Assembly: GCA_043733645.1 (NCBI GenBank)
Contig: JAYTGH010000187.1
Span: 1 to 36,311 of the forward strand
Direction of reading: 5' to 3'
Length of the DNA: 36,311 bases
From: Flavobacterium sp.
GTDB taxonomy: Bacteria; Bacteroidota; Bacteroidia; Flavobacteriales; Flavobacteriaceae
Below are positions 8,283 to 18,111 of the stretch, one piece after another. A model generated the notes under the pieces. That model did not search any database. It worked only from the letters and a program-made list of their open reading frames with translations, and was not told the DNA's origin. The position numbers were made by a program, and so were the translations under genes. Within the stretch, counting starts at the first letter, position 1. Each line of letters starts with the position of its first letter.

Positions 8283-10169
8283 ATGCAAGCAGCGCAATAC
8301 CCTGTGGCTCGAAAGCCCAATTTACCGAAAAAAAGAGCAATTCGCCCGCCTGAAGCGAGTTTTCAAGTCCGATTTTTTAGAGAAGCAATTAAGGATTTGA
8401 AGGTGTCTAAAAAATTAGACATTACCAACACGGTGCGTATTGCCAAAGATGCGGTTATCGTGATCAATCATTTAGTTTGGGAAAGTCTTGAACGTTTATA
8501 CGTGACAGATGAAAAGGCTTTTTTCAAACATTATGATGATGGAGAACCTTTTGAATTGTTGACAAATTCAATTCAGCTTACTACACGCCTGTTTTACAAT
8601 GAATTGTTTATTCAAGATGCACTCGATGCCGACCATCCCATATTTAAATCTTATCGCTCGCGATGGTATAAAAATATCCGTCCTTTCCTGCTAAAATGTG
8701 GCTATATCCAAAGCATTAAGAATTTTAGAGCTGGTAATTATTGCTCCGAATGCGAAGACGGACGCGGCAATTTCAAATTAATAATCAATGTTAAAACATT
8801 CATGTTTGGTAATGACCTACAAATTGTCGGTGGTGGCGCAGTGAGTGACGAGGTTTTTTTATGCCCCATTGACCCATTAGAAAAAAGCTACCCATACGCA
8901 CAAAATAATATTCAATCAGAGATTGAATATAAATTAAAAGGAGAAAGTCATGAAAGCGGCGAGGCTTCGCCTCAGAGTAGCTTCGCTAACTGTGATGAAA
9001 AAGAAGAAAAAGCACATGCAAAACAAGATCAAACTCCCGTTGATGTGCAAAAAATTGGCTCGAAAAATTTAAAAAATATTGCGCCCAGCGCGAACCAAAT
9101 TTCACATACCCCCTCAGTATTCGAGCAAGATAAAAGCCAAATCATTGTCAATTTTTCTGCGAAATTGTCGCAGTTGTTCATCAAAAGCCTTTGTAAAAAA
9201 GAATTTTTGAACGAATCTCAAATAAGGCTTAATAAGCCAATGCCTATCGAATCGCTGACTATCCGAGATTATACCACCGATTTTGTGAAGCTCTTGAAGC
9301 ATTGCAAACAAGCTGATGAAGCTGAATTTAGCCCGGCATTTGACCGCCTCAAGAAAATTATTGAGGATAAACCCAAATGGCTGCAAAAAGACCGCGCTCG
9401 TTGGATATACACCCCTGATCAATACCTTTCTGTCGAAAAATACAACGGAACAACTGACTTTGTGATGAAAGAAGGCTCTATCCGTGCCTATCATGACACC
9501 TACACGGTACACGCAAGGGAGCGCATTACCCCCTCAGTATCAGGCGATTTGCCCGAATTATTGACCACTTTTTACACCAAACTGAAAGAGTTTGGAGTGT
9601 CCGATAAGTTCCTGAAAGAATGGATTGAGAAATTGGGCAAAGAGCATTTCGTCAATGAGATTCGCCGTTGTTTTGCGCGGTTGGCAGGTGGATTTAAACC
9701 CCTCAGTAAATCCGAGTATATCCGCAGAAGTATTCGGATTAGCCATGCGGAATCTGTCAAAGAAAAAGCGAATTTAGCAGTTAAAAAAGTTGAAATGGCT
9801 CAAAATCAATCTCAAAAACCACCTAATCCACCTCAACAACCTGCTGCGGTGTTCCGTCCATCTGAAAATCAAATCAAGCAATGGCTTGAATCGGAATTTG
9901 GTGAAGATGCTGCTTTGTTTGAGAAAGTGCAGGTTTATTCTTTGAAAACCAATGGCATATCGCCCGAAATCCTGAAACGAGAAGCCTATCGCCTTCTCAA
10001 AAATATCAAACAGGCTGAAATTGATAAAAAAATAGTGCTTCGACTGCTTGATGAAAACCCCTTATTAGCGGATGAAATCAAGCAAGCGCACCGACACAAT
10101 CGACATCAATCTTTGCAGGAATTTACAACAGATTATTTAAAACAAAAATTTGCTCATTATTTCAATTAA
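8283..10169 (+). CDS. Hypothetical protein, candidate replication initiator
   Basis: 628-aa ORF and first gene of the element; CxxC, low-complexity linker, helical C-terminus. Function is inferred from position only. Confidence 0.5.
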   Translation: MQAAQYPVARKPNLPKKRAIRPPEASFQVRFFREAIKDLKVSKKLDITNTVRIAKDAVIVINHLVWESLERLYVTDEKAFFKHYDDGEPFELLTNSIQLTTRLFYNELFIQDALDADHPIFKSYRSRWYKNIRPFLLKCGYIQSIKNFRAGNYCSECEDGRGNFKLIINVKTFMFGNDLQIVGGGAVSDEVFLCPIDPLEKSYPYAQNNIQSEIEYKLKGESHESGEASPQSSFANCDEKEEKAHAKQDQTPVDVQKIGSKNLKNIAPSANQISHTPSVFEQDKSQIIVNFSAKLSQLFIKSLCKKEFLNESQIRLNKPMPIESLTIRDYTTDFVKLLKHCKQADEAEFSPAFDRLKKIIEDKPKWLQKDRARWIYTPDQYLSVEKYNGTTDFVMKEGSIRAYHDTYTVHARERITPSVSGDLPELLTTFYTKLKEFGVSDKFLKEWIEKLGKEHFVNEIRRCFARLAGGFKPLSKSEYIRRSIRISHAESVKEKANLAVKKVEMAQNQSQKPPNPPQQPAAVFRPSENQIKQWLESEFGEDAALFEKVQVYSLKTNGISPEILKREAYRLLKNIKQAEIDKKIVLRLLDENPLLADEIKQAHRHNRHQSLQEFTTDYLKQKFAHYFN

Positions 10170-10234
10170 TAATCAAAAAAAAAAGCTACGCAGTGATGCG
10201 GAGCTTCAATAAAATCATCAATCTAATTTATTTT

Positions 10235-10927
10235 ATGCAAAACAAATTATTCAAAAATAAGATAACCTCTGAACGTCCAAAACGCAATCCAAAGGAAAGC
10301 TATTTGGCAAAGGCTAAGTTTGTAATCGGATTGCCATCGCGCGGCGGTCATTCTGAGGCTGTGATGGTCTGCTACAATATAGACGGTACAAAAGCCTATT
10401 GGTATAGCAAAGATTGCAAAAACTTGGCTCAAAACAAATGCTATTGGTCGTTTGAAAGATATGGGTTGCCATATTTACAAAACATTTACAAAAACGGTGG
10501 CGACGAACATACTAAACTTGATGTCAGCAAAGCCAATATGGTTTTGATATACCCCACAATTGGCAAAAATCAAAAACCAACTCATGTGCTATATGACCGC
10601 CGCGCTCAAAATGCTGCTACTCAAAAACCTAAAAGCCAATTCATTTTACTGGCGCCAAAACGAATGGATTTAAGAACTGAATCTGACAAATATTTCCCAT
10701 TCTTTAGCGACGACCAATTTTTCAAAGATGGAAAAATTGACATCGAAAGCACTCTAAAATCGCTGTTCCATAAATATCAAAAATGGGAAGATAAGACAGA
10801 CCCTAAAAGCATGGGTCAATTACTTGTATATGACATTCCTACTCGTAAGCCTGTTGCAGAAATGACATTTTCGGGTAAATTCTTTCACCCAAAAACTAAT
10901 ATTTGTATGTTTCCCCAAGTAAATTAA
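10235..10927 (+). CDS. Hypothetical protein
   Basis: Long ORF in the operon; ATG at 10235 after an AT-rich leader preferred over GTG at 10193. Confidence 0.6.
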   Translation: MQNKLFKNKITSERPKRNPKESYLAKAKFVIGLPSRGGHSEAVMVCYNIDGTKAYWYSKDCKNLAQNKCYWSFERYGLPYLQNIYKNGGDEHTKLDVSKANMVLIYPTIGKNQKPTHVLYDRRAQNAATQKPKSQFILLAPKRMDLRTESDKYFPFFSDDQFFKDGKIDIESTLKSLFHKYQKWEDKTDPKSMGQLLVYDIPTRKPVAEMTFSGKFFHPKTNICMFPQVN

Positions 10928-11002
10928 AGTACAAATATAAACAATTTAGTGCTAAAAAGTTTAAAATAATGACATTTTCAAACATATTTTTTAAACAAAT
11001 TA

Positions 11003-12736
11003 ATGATTTTTATTATGAAAAAAAACAACGTTGTATTAAGAAAATTAGAGGTAGAATTTATCCCCCTCAGTAATTTAGTCCTTTCACCGACCAATCCGCG
11101 CAAAACTTTCTCCCAAGAGGAAGTGGTCAACCTTGCTGAAGACATTAAGCGCAACGAGCTTATGCACCCCATCACGGTGCGCATGATGTCAACGGGTCAG
11201 TATGAAATAGTTGTCGGTAGTCGCCGCTTTCGTGCCTTCACGCTTTTGTGCGAGAGTGATCCTATTTTCAATGAAATTCCTTGTTTTGTTAGAATACTCA
11301 ACAACGAACAAGTTATAGAAATGCAGTTCTCGGAGAACCTCAAACGCGAGGATATTAATCCGATGGAAGAAGCCGAAGCATTTCAATTTTATATTGATAA
11401 ATGTCAAATGACAGTGTATGATTTAGCTGGAAGGTTGAATCATGGCGTTGGGTATGTTTACTCGCGCCTGTGCCTCAACAACCTTTCAGAAAAATGCCGT
11501 GCCGTTTATCAGGCTGAAAACATGACCCTCGGTATTGCCAAGTTACTTGCCAAACTGCCCCAAAATGAGCAAGACAAGCTACTTAAAAATATCACAGGTG
11601 AAAGCGCGGAGAGAGGGCGTTACGTGTATAAAACTGAGGAAGACGTAAAACGCCAAATTAGTTGGCAAATACAAACTTTGGTAAATGCTCCCTTTGACAC
11701 CCTGGAGAAAACTCTGCCCGGCGGCAGTTGCGCCAATTGCCAAAAAAACACTGGATGCAACAACCTATTGTTTCCTGAATTGACCTCTGATTCTAAATGC
11801 ACAGATAGTGCTTGTTTTAAAGAGAAAACAGAAACTTTCAAAAAAATCGGCATGGCAGCTTATAAGGAGCAACACAATGGCAGTTCCGTCTTTGTATTCG
11901 ACGGATGGGACAACATTCAAGATGTTGCCAAAAAGAACAAATTAGAACCTGAAAACGTGATTAAATTAGATGATTTCAGATACGAAATTCTATCCGAAGC
12001 GGCAGAAGGCACTACGCCCGTTTTTCTATTGGGTTCTGAAGGTTATTCAAGCCGACCAACTAATCCGTATGTGAACCGTGTGGTTCATTATCGGGAGAAG
12101 GTAAAAGAAATTGAAGCCAATACCGATAGCGATAAGGACGAGGACGAGGATGAGGACGAGGATGAAGACGAAACAAAATCACCTCTTGAAATCGCCTACG
12201 ACACACATTCGGATTATATGGAAACGGTTCTTGAAAGAGCCATATCTAAATTTGCAAAAGCTCCTATATCGTTTGATAGTGAGATATGGCTGCGTTTACT
12301 TTTTATGCAAATAAAACCGTATAGCTTCAATTTTTGGAATTTTTACGCTGAAAATATTCACGACACTGCGCCATTTAAATCTGAACGACTTGAATTGAAA
12401 TGGCGAATCAAGTTTGCAGAATACCCAGACGAAGTTTTGACTAAAACGGTAGAGGAATACATAGCTCATTTATATAAATCACAGTATAAAAAAATATTGG
12501 AACTTAAACAAGGTGAAAATCTATATCAAACCGACATTAAAGAAGATGAATTTAATGCGCATGTGTTGAAAAATATAGATAAAAAAACTTTGTTGTCACT
12601 GATTGATGCCTCCATGAAACGCCATTTAGAAGGATGGTACATGAGAACTTTAGTCTGTGATTCTGCTGCGGAATTAGGCTTAATAGAGCCAATCGAAAAC
12701 CCTATTCTACCCACAGGTACACCTGCCATTGCATAA
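11003..12736 (+). CDS. ParB/RepB/Spo0J family protein with Cys cluster
   Basis: NPRKTF, LMHPITVR, YEIVVGSRRFRA, ENLKREDINPMEEA, HTH region, CANC...C...C cluster, acidic DE tract. Confidence 0.85.
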   Translation: MIFIMKKNNVVLRKLEVEFIPLSNLVLSPTNPRKTFSQEEVVNLAEDIKRNELMHPITVRMMSTGQYEIVVGSRRFRAFTLLCESDPIFNEIPCFVRILNNEQVIEMQFSENLKREDINPMEEAEAFQFYIDKCQMTVYDLAGRLNHGVGYVYSRLCLNNLSEKCRAVYQAENMTLGIAKLLAKLPQNEQDKLLKNITGESAERGRYVYKTEEDVKRQISWQIQTLVNAPFDTLEKTLPGGSCANCQKNTGCNNLLFPELTSDSKCTDSACFKEKTETFKKIGMAAYKEQHNGSSVFVFDGWDNIQDVAKKNKLEPENVIKLDDFRYEILSEAAEGTTPVFLLGSEGYSSRPTNPYVNRVVHYREKVKEIEANTDSDKDEDEDEDEDEDETKSPLEIAYDTHSDYMETVLERAISKFAKAPISFDSEIWLRLLFMQIKPYSFNFWNFYAENIHDTAPFKSERLELKWRIKFAEYPDEVLTKTVEEYIAHLYKSQYKKILELKQGENLYQTDIKEDEFNAHVLKNIDKKTLLSLIDASMKRHLEGWYMRTLVCDSAAELGLIEPIENPILPTGTPAIA

Positions 12737-12798
12737 CTTACATACATACACCTACCCCCTCAATACAAACTGACTGAGGGGGCAAAAACTCAGAAAAA

Positions 12799-13080
12799 AT
12801 GGCTTTAATTTTAAATAATCAGTCAGTACAATTGATAGACATTAAAGCTATTCAATTGGATTGTAGCGATATAGATGTGCATGAAATATTTATGCTCAGT
12901 GACGACATTGAAGAAAACGGCTTGCAAAGTCCCATCATGTTGGATAAAGAAGGTGACAAATATCGTATCATGGACGGGCGCAAAAGAGTATGCGCATTTA
13001 ATTTACTGAGCAATAGCTACATTATGAGCATGAATGACCAATGGTCGTTTATCCCGGCAATGGTCATGGAGCCTAATTAA
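12799..13080 (+). CDS. Stand-alone ParB N-terminal (ParB/Srx) domain protein
   Basis: IEENGLQSPIML...YRIMDGRKRVCAF. Confidence 0.7.
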   Translation: MALILNNQSVQLIDIKAIQLDCSDIDVHEIFMLSDDIEENGLQSPIMLDKEGDKYRIMDGRKRVCAFNLLSNSYIMSMNDQWSFIPAMVMEPN

Positions 13081-13091
13081 ATTCAATACCC

Positions 13092-13277
13092 ATGAATAAC
13101 ATATCATCCATTCAACACAAATTAGATGAAAAAGGCTTTTTTACCTACATCTTTTCCAACGAAAAGAAGGATAAACACGACCTAATCATCAACTATCAGG
13201 TGCGGGCTACAAGCCCTAAAAAAGCCGCCTTGGTGCGCATTTTAAAGAAGCTGTTAAAATCTTTACCCCCTCAGTAA
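13092..13277 (+). CDS. Small hypothetical protein
   Basis: 61 aa, ATG start, 11 nt after the previous gene, followed by a terminator. Confidence 0.5.
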   Translation: MNNISSIQHKLDEKGFFTYIFSNEKKDKHDLIINYQVRATSPKKAALVRILKKLLKSLPPQ

Positions 13278-13319
13278 AATGCAGCTTGCGTGTATGTATG
13301 TGTGTAATTGCCAAATACA

Positions 13320-13354
13320 AAAAGAGGCAGCGATGTAAAGTCGCTGCCTCTTTT
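13320..13354. terminator. Bidirectional terminator (GGCAGCGA...TCGCTGCC family)
   Basis: AAAAGAGGCAGCGA-TGTAAAG-TCGCTGCCTCTTTT between convergent genes. Confidence 0.75.
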
Positions 13355-13400
13355 CCAAAACTTTTTTGGAAGTTTTGGAAGTTTTGGAATTATGAAATGG

Positions 13401-14150
13401 TTATGTCAGACCTTCCATAATATCATTAGGATTGTCCAACTGCTTAAAGTTTTTAGAGGTGACTATTTTTCTCCCCAAATCTTTCTCCATATTCACTCGC
13501 GCCTTCCCTGCCGCCTTTCCCCCTTTCTGAGCCGCTTCATGGTTTTCATTAAAGCCTTGGGCATTGTCTCTGTCAGCAAAGGCTTTGGTCGCTTCTTCGC
13601 CAAGCATGGTGAATATCAATTCAAGGTTTGTCATGTGATCGCGTAGGTTCTCATGTCTCAAACCTTTCAAGGCTTTGTACTCAGATGGTGTGATGCCAAA
13701 TTTCGCTTTGGCAATTTCGGCAGTCAGGATTGAATACTCCATCCCTTCTTGAACGCCTCTGTTTTTCCATTCGTCAGTTAGCTCATTGCGTGTACCGATG
13801 CTTTTCAGCCGGATAGCAATCCAATCATCGGGATAACCTTTCGCTTTGTAAATGGCTTCAGCGCGGTTGATTGCCAATTCAGGGTTTTCAATTTCCTCAA
13901 TGCGCTCCGTGCCTACCTGCGCGAGCCACAACTTAAACGGCTCTGCCTTGGGCGATGGCACGGACATGATGATACGCAGCACCCCCTCAGTATTGGCGCA
14001 ATCAGTTAGGCGGTTACGTCCGTCCGTGGCTATCATTTTCAACTGCTGACAAGCTGTCAGCACTTGGCGCGGTACTACGCAGTGGTGCCAGAGCAAGTCG
14101 ATGAACTTAAAAAGTTCTATTTGCTGTTTGTGCTGAAGCAATAATACCAA
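13401..14150 (-). CDS. Bro-N/antirepressor-family protein, N-terminally degraded copy (possible pseudogene)
   Basis: Aligns with 14252-15064 from CQQLKMIATDG onward (PSPKAEPFKLWLAQ, NLRDHMTNLEL). Lacks the WYFSVVDV segment; TTG start. Confidence 0.65.
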   Translation of the reverse strand: MVLLLQHKQQIELFKFIDLLWHHCVVPRQVLTACQQLKMIATDGRNRLTDCANTEGVLRIIMSVPSPKAEPFKLWLAQVGTERIEEIENPELAINRAEAIYKAKGYPDDWIAIRLKSIGTRNELTDEWKNRGVQEGMEYSILTAEIAKAKFGITPSEYKALKGLRHENLRDHMTNLELIFTMLGEEATKAFADRDNAQGFNENHEAAQKGGKAAGKARVNMEKDLGRKIVTSKNFKQLDNPNDIMEGLT

Positions 14151-14203
14151 TTAGTTTTTTTTATGAAAAACTACAAATTGTTTAATTTGTTTAAAATATA
14201 AAC

Positions 14204-14211
14204 TACCTTTG
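14204..14211 (+). promoter_or_regulatory. Bacteroidota -7 promoter element
   Basis: TACCTTTG 40 nt upstream of ATG 14252. Confidence 0.55.
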
Positions 14212-14251
14212 TAACTCATTCATTATCAATAGTTTATAAAAATATCCATAC

Positions 14252-15064
14252 ATGGAGAACAATAAAGTAACTCTGTTTGAAAACAAACCTATCCGCAAAC
14301 TTTGGCACAATGAGGAATGGTATTTTTCAGTCGTGGATGTCATTGAAGCCTTGACCGATTCAGCCGCACCCGGAACATATTGGGGTATGCTTAAAAAACG
14401 GGAAAATCAACTATTCACAATTTGTGAAAAGTTGAAATTTATGGCACCAGATGGCAAAATGCGCCCGTCCGATTGCGCCAATACTGAGGGGGTGCTGCGT
14501 ATCATCATGTCTATACCCTCACCTAAAGCAGAGCCGCTGAAATTGTGGCTGGCGCAAATAGGTAAGCGCGAGATAGATGAGTTGGAAGACCCTGAATTGG
14601 GGATTGAACGCATCCGTGAAACTTACAAAGCCAAAGGTTATCCCGACGATTGGATTGCTATGCGTCTGAAAAGCGTCGATACTCGCAATGAGCTAACCGA
14701 TGAATGGAACAAACGGGATGTGAAAAAGGGTAAAGAGTATTCGATCCTCACGGCGGTCATTGCCAAAGGTACGTTCGGGCTGACGCCATCGGAACATAAA
14801 GACCTCAAAGGACTCACCAAACCCGCTCATAATCTACGCGACCACATGACCACCTTAGAACTCGTTTTCACGGTTTTGGGCGAAGAAATTACGCGCAGCA
14901 TGGCAGTAGATAGCGATGCTCAAGGTTTCGATGAAAATCATAATGCCGCCGTGCGCGGTGGTCAAAGCGCAGGTAAGGCACTGAAGCGCGTCGAAAAAGA
15001 TATTAAAAAGAAAGTGGTGTCGCCTACTAATTTTTTGAAGCAGTTGGATGGTCCTGATAAATAG
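14252..15064 (+). CDS. Bro-N domain / phage antirepressor-family protein
   Basis: IRKLWHNEEWYFSVVDVIEALTDS...LRIIMSIPSPKAEPLKLWLAQ...NLRDHMT. Confidence 0.85.
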   Translation: MENNKVTLFENKPIRKLWHNEEWYFSVVDVIEALTDSAAPGTYWGMLKKRENQLFTICEKLKFMAPDGKMRPSDCANTEGVLRIIMSIPSPKAEPLKLWLAQIGKREIDELEDPELGIERIRETYKAKGYPDDWIAMRLKSVDTRNELTDEWNKRDVKKGKEYSILTAVIAKGTFGLTPSEHKDLKGLTKPAHNLRDHMTTLELVFTVLGEEITRSMAVDSDAQGFDENHNAAVRGGQSAGKALKRVEKDIKKKVVSPTNFLKQLDGPDK

Positions 15065-15073
15065 TATGGGCAT

Positions 15074-15110
15074 AAAAAAAGCCTACGTCGGGAAGATGTA
15101 GGCTTTTTTT
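15074..15110. terminator. Bidirectional terminator
   Basis: A7-GCCTACGTC-GGGAA-GATGTAGGC-T7. Confidence 0.8.
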
Positions 15111-15141
15111 ATGTGTTATTAACCTCTTTTTGCGCTTTGCC

Positions 15142-15459
15142 TCATCTGAGTCTTGTAGCTTCTGACAAAACCTCTTTTAAATCACGGTTTTTTTTGTAAT
15201 CTCGTAAATAAACATGAATTTTTAATCCTGAAATAAAGAGAAGCGAAATTATAAAAAAACCGATTGCCCATGCTTTATTGGCAAAACGGTACAATAAACA
15301 AGTAATAAATATTGCAGGAAAATAAAGAGCAACATGTTTAAAAACATCCGATCCCATATCATTTTTTTCATGTCTTGCTATTACTTCTATATTGGCAAAC
15401 AATGCTCCAATAAGCAAAGCTCCAAGAGCCGCCAAAGGCACATAGGCAAAGCCATTCAT
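15142..15459 (-). CDS. Small membrane protein (about 3 TM)
   Basis: Three hydrophobic segments and a basic C-tail. Confidence 0.55.
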   Translation of the reverse strand: MNGFAYVPLAALGALLIGALFANIEVIARHEKNDMGSDVFKHVALYFPAIFITCLLYRFANKAWAIGFFIISLLFISGLKIHVYLRDYKKNRDLKEVLSEATRLR

Positions 15460-15641
15460 TTTTTTAAACTAACGTCAGTCATTGTAAAAGCTCAATTGTT
15501 GATTAAGAGATAAAGTTTAACGTTTTTTTTTTGCCAATTTAGTGTTTCATAACTACAATATAACGCAAAATATAGTGAATTTTCTAACATTTGGTAAGTC
15601 TTAGTAACCCATCGAGTCACCTTGTCGCCTGTTTTACCTTA

Positions 15642-15661
15642 CATACATACAAGCATACATA
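15642..15661 (+). repeat. 20-bp box CATACATACAAGCATACATA, copy 1
   Basis: Exact copies at 20727-20746 (+), 25361-25380 (-) and 26321-26340 (-). Confidence 0.85.
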
Positions 15662-15886
15662 GGGTGCAAAAAGTGTCGGTTTTGTCTTCTTTTTTCAAAT
15701 CATTGACCGTTTATACAGTCAAACCTACCAATCATACAATTGGTGGGGATTTTCTTGTTTGAATGAGTGTATTAAGATACATTTACATTTAATTAAAATA
15801 AATATAATTTTTGACATAAATTAACCTTAGTATTGTTCAATGAATATTTTTTACAAATTTTATTCACACTTAAATAACCCAATTCA

Positions 15887-16294
15887 ATGATAAGAAAATC
15901 AACCTTTTCACTATTGCTGTTGCTGAGTATCTTAGTTTCATCTTGTTCATCCAGTAAACAATTCGTTCCTGAGAGGAACATTGAGATTGAAAAAATGGAT
16001 AGGAAAAATTATAGCATCACAGAGCAGGTATCTTCGGAAGCCAAAGCCAGTACGTATTGGCTGTTGTTTTTGCCCTTTGGCGGCAAGAGCAAAGAAAAGC
16101 TCTATACATTAGCTTACAATCAAGCGGTCAAGAAGGTAGCCAATTGTGATGGGATTATCACACCGCGCGTTGAATACACAAGGCAAGTGTACCCATTCAT
16201 CATTTTTAGTCTGGTCAATCGAAAAGTGACCGTAACAGGCAGAGGTTACAAACTAAAAACTGATGCTGAAATTAAAAATGAAAAGAGCAATTAA
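15887..16294 (+). CDS. Small lipoprotein
   Basis: Signal with LVSSC lipobox; YWLLFLPFGG and a C-terminal VTVTGRG strand. Confidence 0.65.
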   Translation: MIRKSTFSLLLLLSILVSSCSSSKQFVPERNIEIEKMDRKNYSITEQVSSEAKASTYWLLFLPFGGKSKEKLYTLAYNQAVKKVANCDGIITPRVEYTRQVYPFIIFSLVNRKVTVTGRGYKLKTDAEIKNEKSN

Positions 16295-16305
16295 GAAATG
16301 CAAAA

Positions 16306-16356
16306 AGGCAGCGACTCAACATCGCTGCCTTTATTGTTTGCAGAAAAAAACAAGTT
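16306..16356 (+). repeat. 51-bp direct repeat containing a terminator hairpin, left copy
   Basis: AGGCAGCGACTCAACATCGCTGCCTTTATTGTTTGCAGAAAAAAACAAGTT; 2 mismatches to 17405-17455. Confidence 0.9.
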
Positions 16357-16455
16357 CTGCGACATCAAAAAAGGTATCCGTTCATTGATTAAACGAAAGC
16401 AAAATCAAAGGGGAAGTATATAGTTATATTCAAAAAAACAACCAGTAGAACAAAG

Positions 16456-17037
16456 TTATTTGCCATGACAGTGTTTATGCTTTTTACCGCTACCACAATA
16501 GCATGGGTTATTTCTACCTATTTTAGGCTCTGCAACAACAGGCGTATGGGCTTGCCTATTGAACTCTTCTACATAATCTATCTGGTGTAAAGACGGAATA
16601 CGGAATGACATACAACTGTTACCGTTGAAGTTTGTAACAGAAAAATCGCCCAGTGTGATTATGTCCATGCCAAGTAGCAAATCTACTGAATCATAAAGTT
16701 TCCCAAGTGTTACATTTAGTTCTGTAATCCTTATGCCACTATGCAATACAACATCGACTAAAAATGTAGGCGAATCAACGATTCCTCCAGCTGTATGGAC
16801 TGTGGTGTAGCCAGTGGGTTGCAATTGGAGCGCATCAACAACTTTTTGAGTAATAACCGTACCTGTAGCACCTGTATCCCATATGCCGCGCGTATTATAA
16901 GGGGTTTCAAAAACATCAGGCATTAGAACAGTCACATCCGTTATCAAAACATTTGTTAACCCTGTGGCTTTCAGAGTCATAGAATGCGAAGAGGGTTTAT
17001 GCATGGAGGAAGTTAAAAGGTTATTGAAAAGAGACAA
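16456..17037 (-). CDS. Retropepsin-like aspartyl protease with C-terminal SEC-C motif
   Basis: WDTGAT catalytic motif, [26 protein letters not shown]; the true start may be ATG at 17004. Confidence 0.85.
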   Translation of the reverse strand: MSLFNNLLTSSMHKPSSHSMTLKATGLTNVLITDVTVLMPDVFETPYNTRGIWDTGATGTVITQKVVDALQLQPTGYTTVHTAGGIVDSPTFLVDVVLHSGIRITELNVTLGKLYDSVDLLLGMDIITLGDFSVTNFNGNSCMSFRIPSLHQIDYVEEFNRQAHTPVVAEPKIGRNNPCYCGSGKKHKHCHGK

Positions 17038-17260
17038 CTAATGAGTGAAACGTTTGTGAATAGGCATTCTTGTCGGCTTCACACAACTGAATAATAAAAG
17101 TCCCCAATGCATGGATTTTTTTAGTTTCCCGATAGGCTTCAATACGAGAACTGTAATCACCAATTATTTTTCGGTCTTTAATGACAATATAACGACCCTC
17201 ATATTTTTTTATGAGTTCGTGTTGATTGTCAATATAATAGGCGAATTCATCGTGCAACAT
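17021..17260 (-). CDS. DUF5678-like small protein
   Basis: [20 protein letters not shown]...EAY pattern; commonly paired with retropepsin-like proteases. Confidence 0.6.
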   Translation of the reverse strand: MLHDEFAYYIDNQHELIKKYEGRYIVIKDRKIIGDYSSRIEAYRETKKIHALGTFIIQLCEADKNAYSQTFHSLVVSFQ

Positions 17261-17404
17261 AATAGATGTGATTTATTGATAGACTTTTTAAGTGTAGTGC
17301 AAAATTGCACATAAAATTTTATTTATACAAATAAAATTTACAAAAGCACAATACATTAAAACATTGAATATACAAATATATCCCCATCTTTCATCCCAAT
17401 ACTG

Positions 17405-17455
17405 AGGCAGCGACTCAATATCGCTGCCTTTTTTGTTTGCAGAAAAAAACAAGTT
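17405..17455 (+). repeat. 51-bp direct repeat, right copy
   Basis: AGGCAGCGACTCAATATCGCTGCCTTTTTTGTTTGCAGAAAAAAACAAGTT. Confidence 0.9.
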
Positions 17456-17554
17456 AAAATTTGGTATTCTAAAATTAATCTTATAAAAATTTAAACTTTT
17501 TATTTATAATCTTTCAGAAAGTGTATTACTTTGCTTTTCAAAATTTATAACAAC

Positions 17555-17896
17555 ATGAATAAGGAAGATTTTCAGAATAAAGCCCGATGTTTGAGAACCG
17601 CATTAAATATCCTCATAGGTGAAGACAATAACGCTTTAAAAGTGATTGAATACATTGAGAGCCAAGAGGATTTTACAGTAACTCAGACTGATATTATTGT
17701 ACATTTGAAGATGATACCGACTGCAAGAATATATCTTGATTTGGAGCGATGCGGCATACTTGAACCATCTATTGAGAAAGGCAGATTGTCAGAAACAATC
17801 AAAAAAGGACGGGCAATCAAGAAATATTATCGCTTGAATAGAAAAAATTGGAAAACAATTAATGATTTTATAAATAATTACGAAGGTTGTAAATAA
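17555..17896 (+). CDS. Winged-HTH (ArsR-like) regulator
   Basis: VTQTDIIVHL...YLDLERCGIL...KYYRLN pattern; followed by a hairpin with T-tract at about 17916-17950. Confidence 0.55.
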   Translation: MNKEDFQNKARCLRTALNILIGEDNNALKVIEYIESQEDFTVTQTDIIVHLKMIPTARIYLDLERCGILEPSIEKGRLSETIKKGRAIKKYYRLNRKNWKTINDFINNYEGCK

Positions 17897-18044
17897 TTGA
17901 TAATCAATTGATTATAAAAAGGAATAGCAATAATTGTTATTCCTTTTTTTATTTTAATTTATTAAAAATTCAATAAAATAAGTATCAATATACAAAAATT
18001 TAATAAATAATGCTTCAATTATTGCAATATTAAATAAACCGCTT

Positions 18045-18052
18045 TATATTTG
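18045..18052 (+). promoter_or_regulatory. Bacteroidota -7 promoter element
   Basis: TATATTTG upstream of the second wHTH gene. Confidence 0.5.
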
Positions 18053-18111
18053 CATCAAATACACCACTCAGGGTGTGCAGGAGCAAGGTAACATACAATG
18101 AATTAAAGGCT

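Noticed and set aside
13308-13646. 112-aa plus-strand ORF with FGSFGSFG
   Set aside because: Runs through a terminator and a TTTTGGAAG x3 microrepeat and is antisense to the Bro-N copy.
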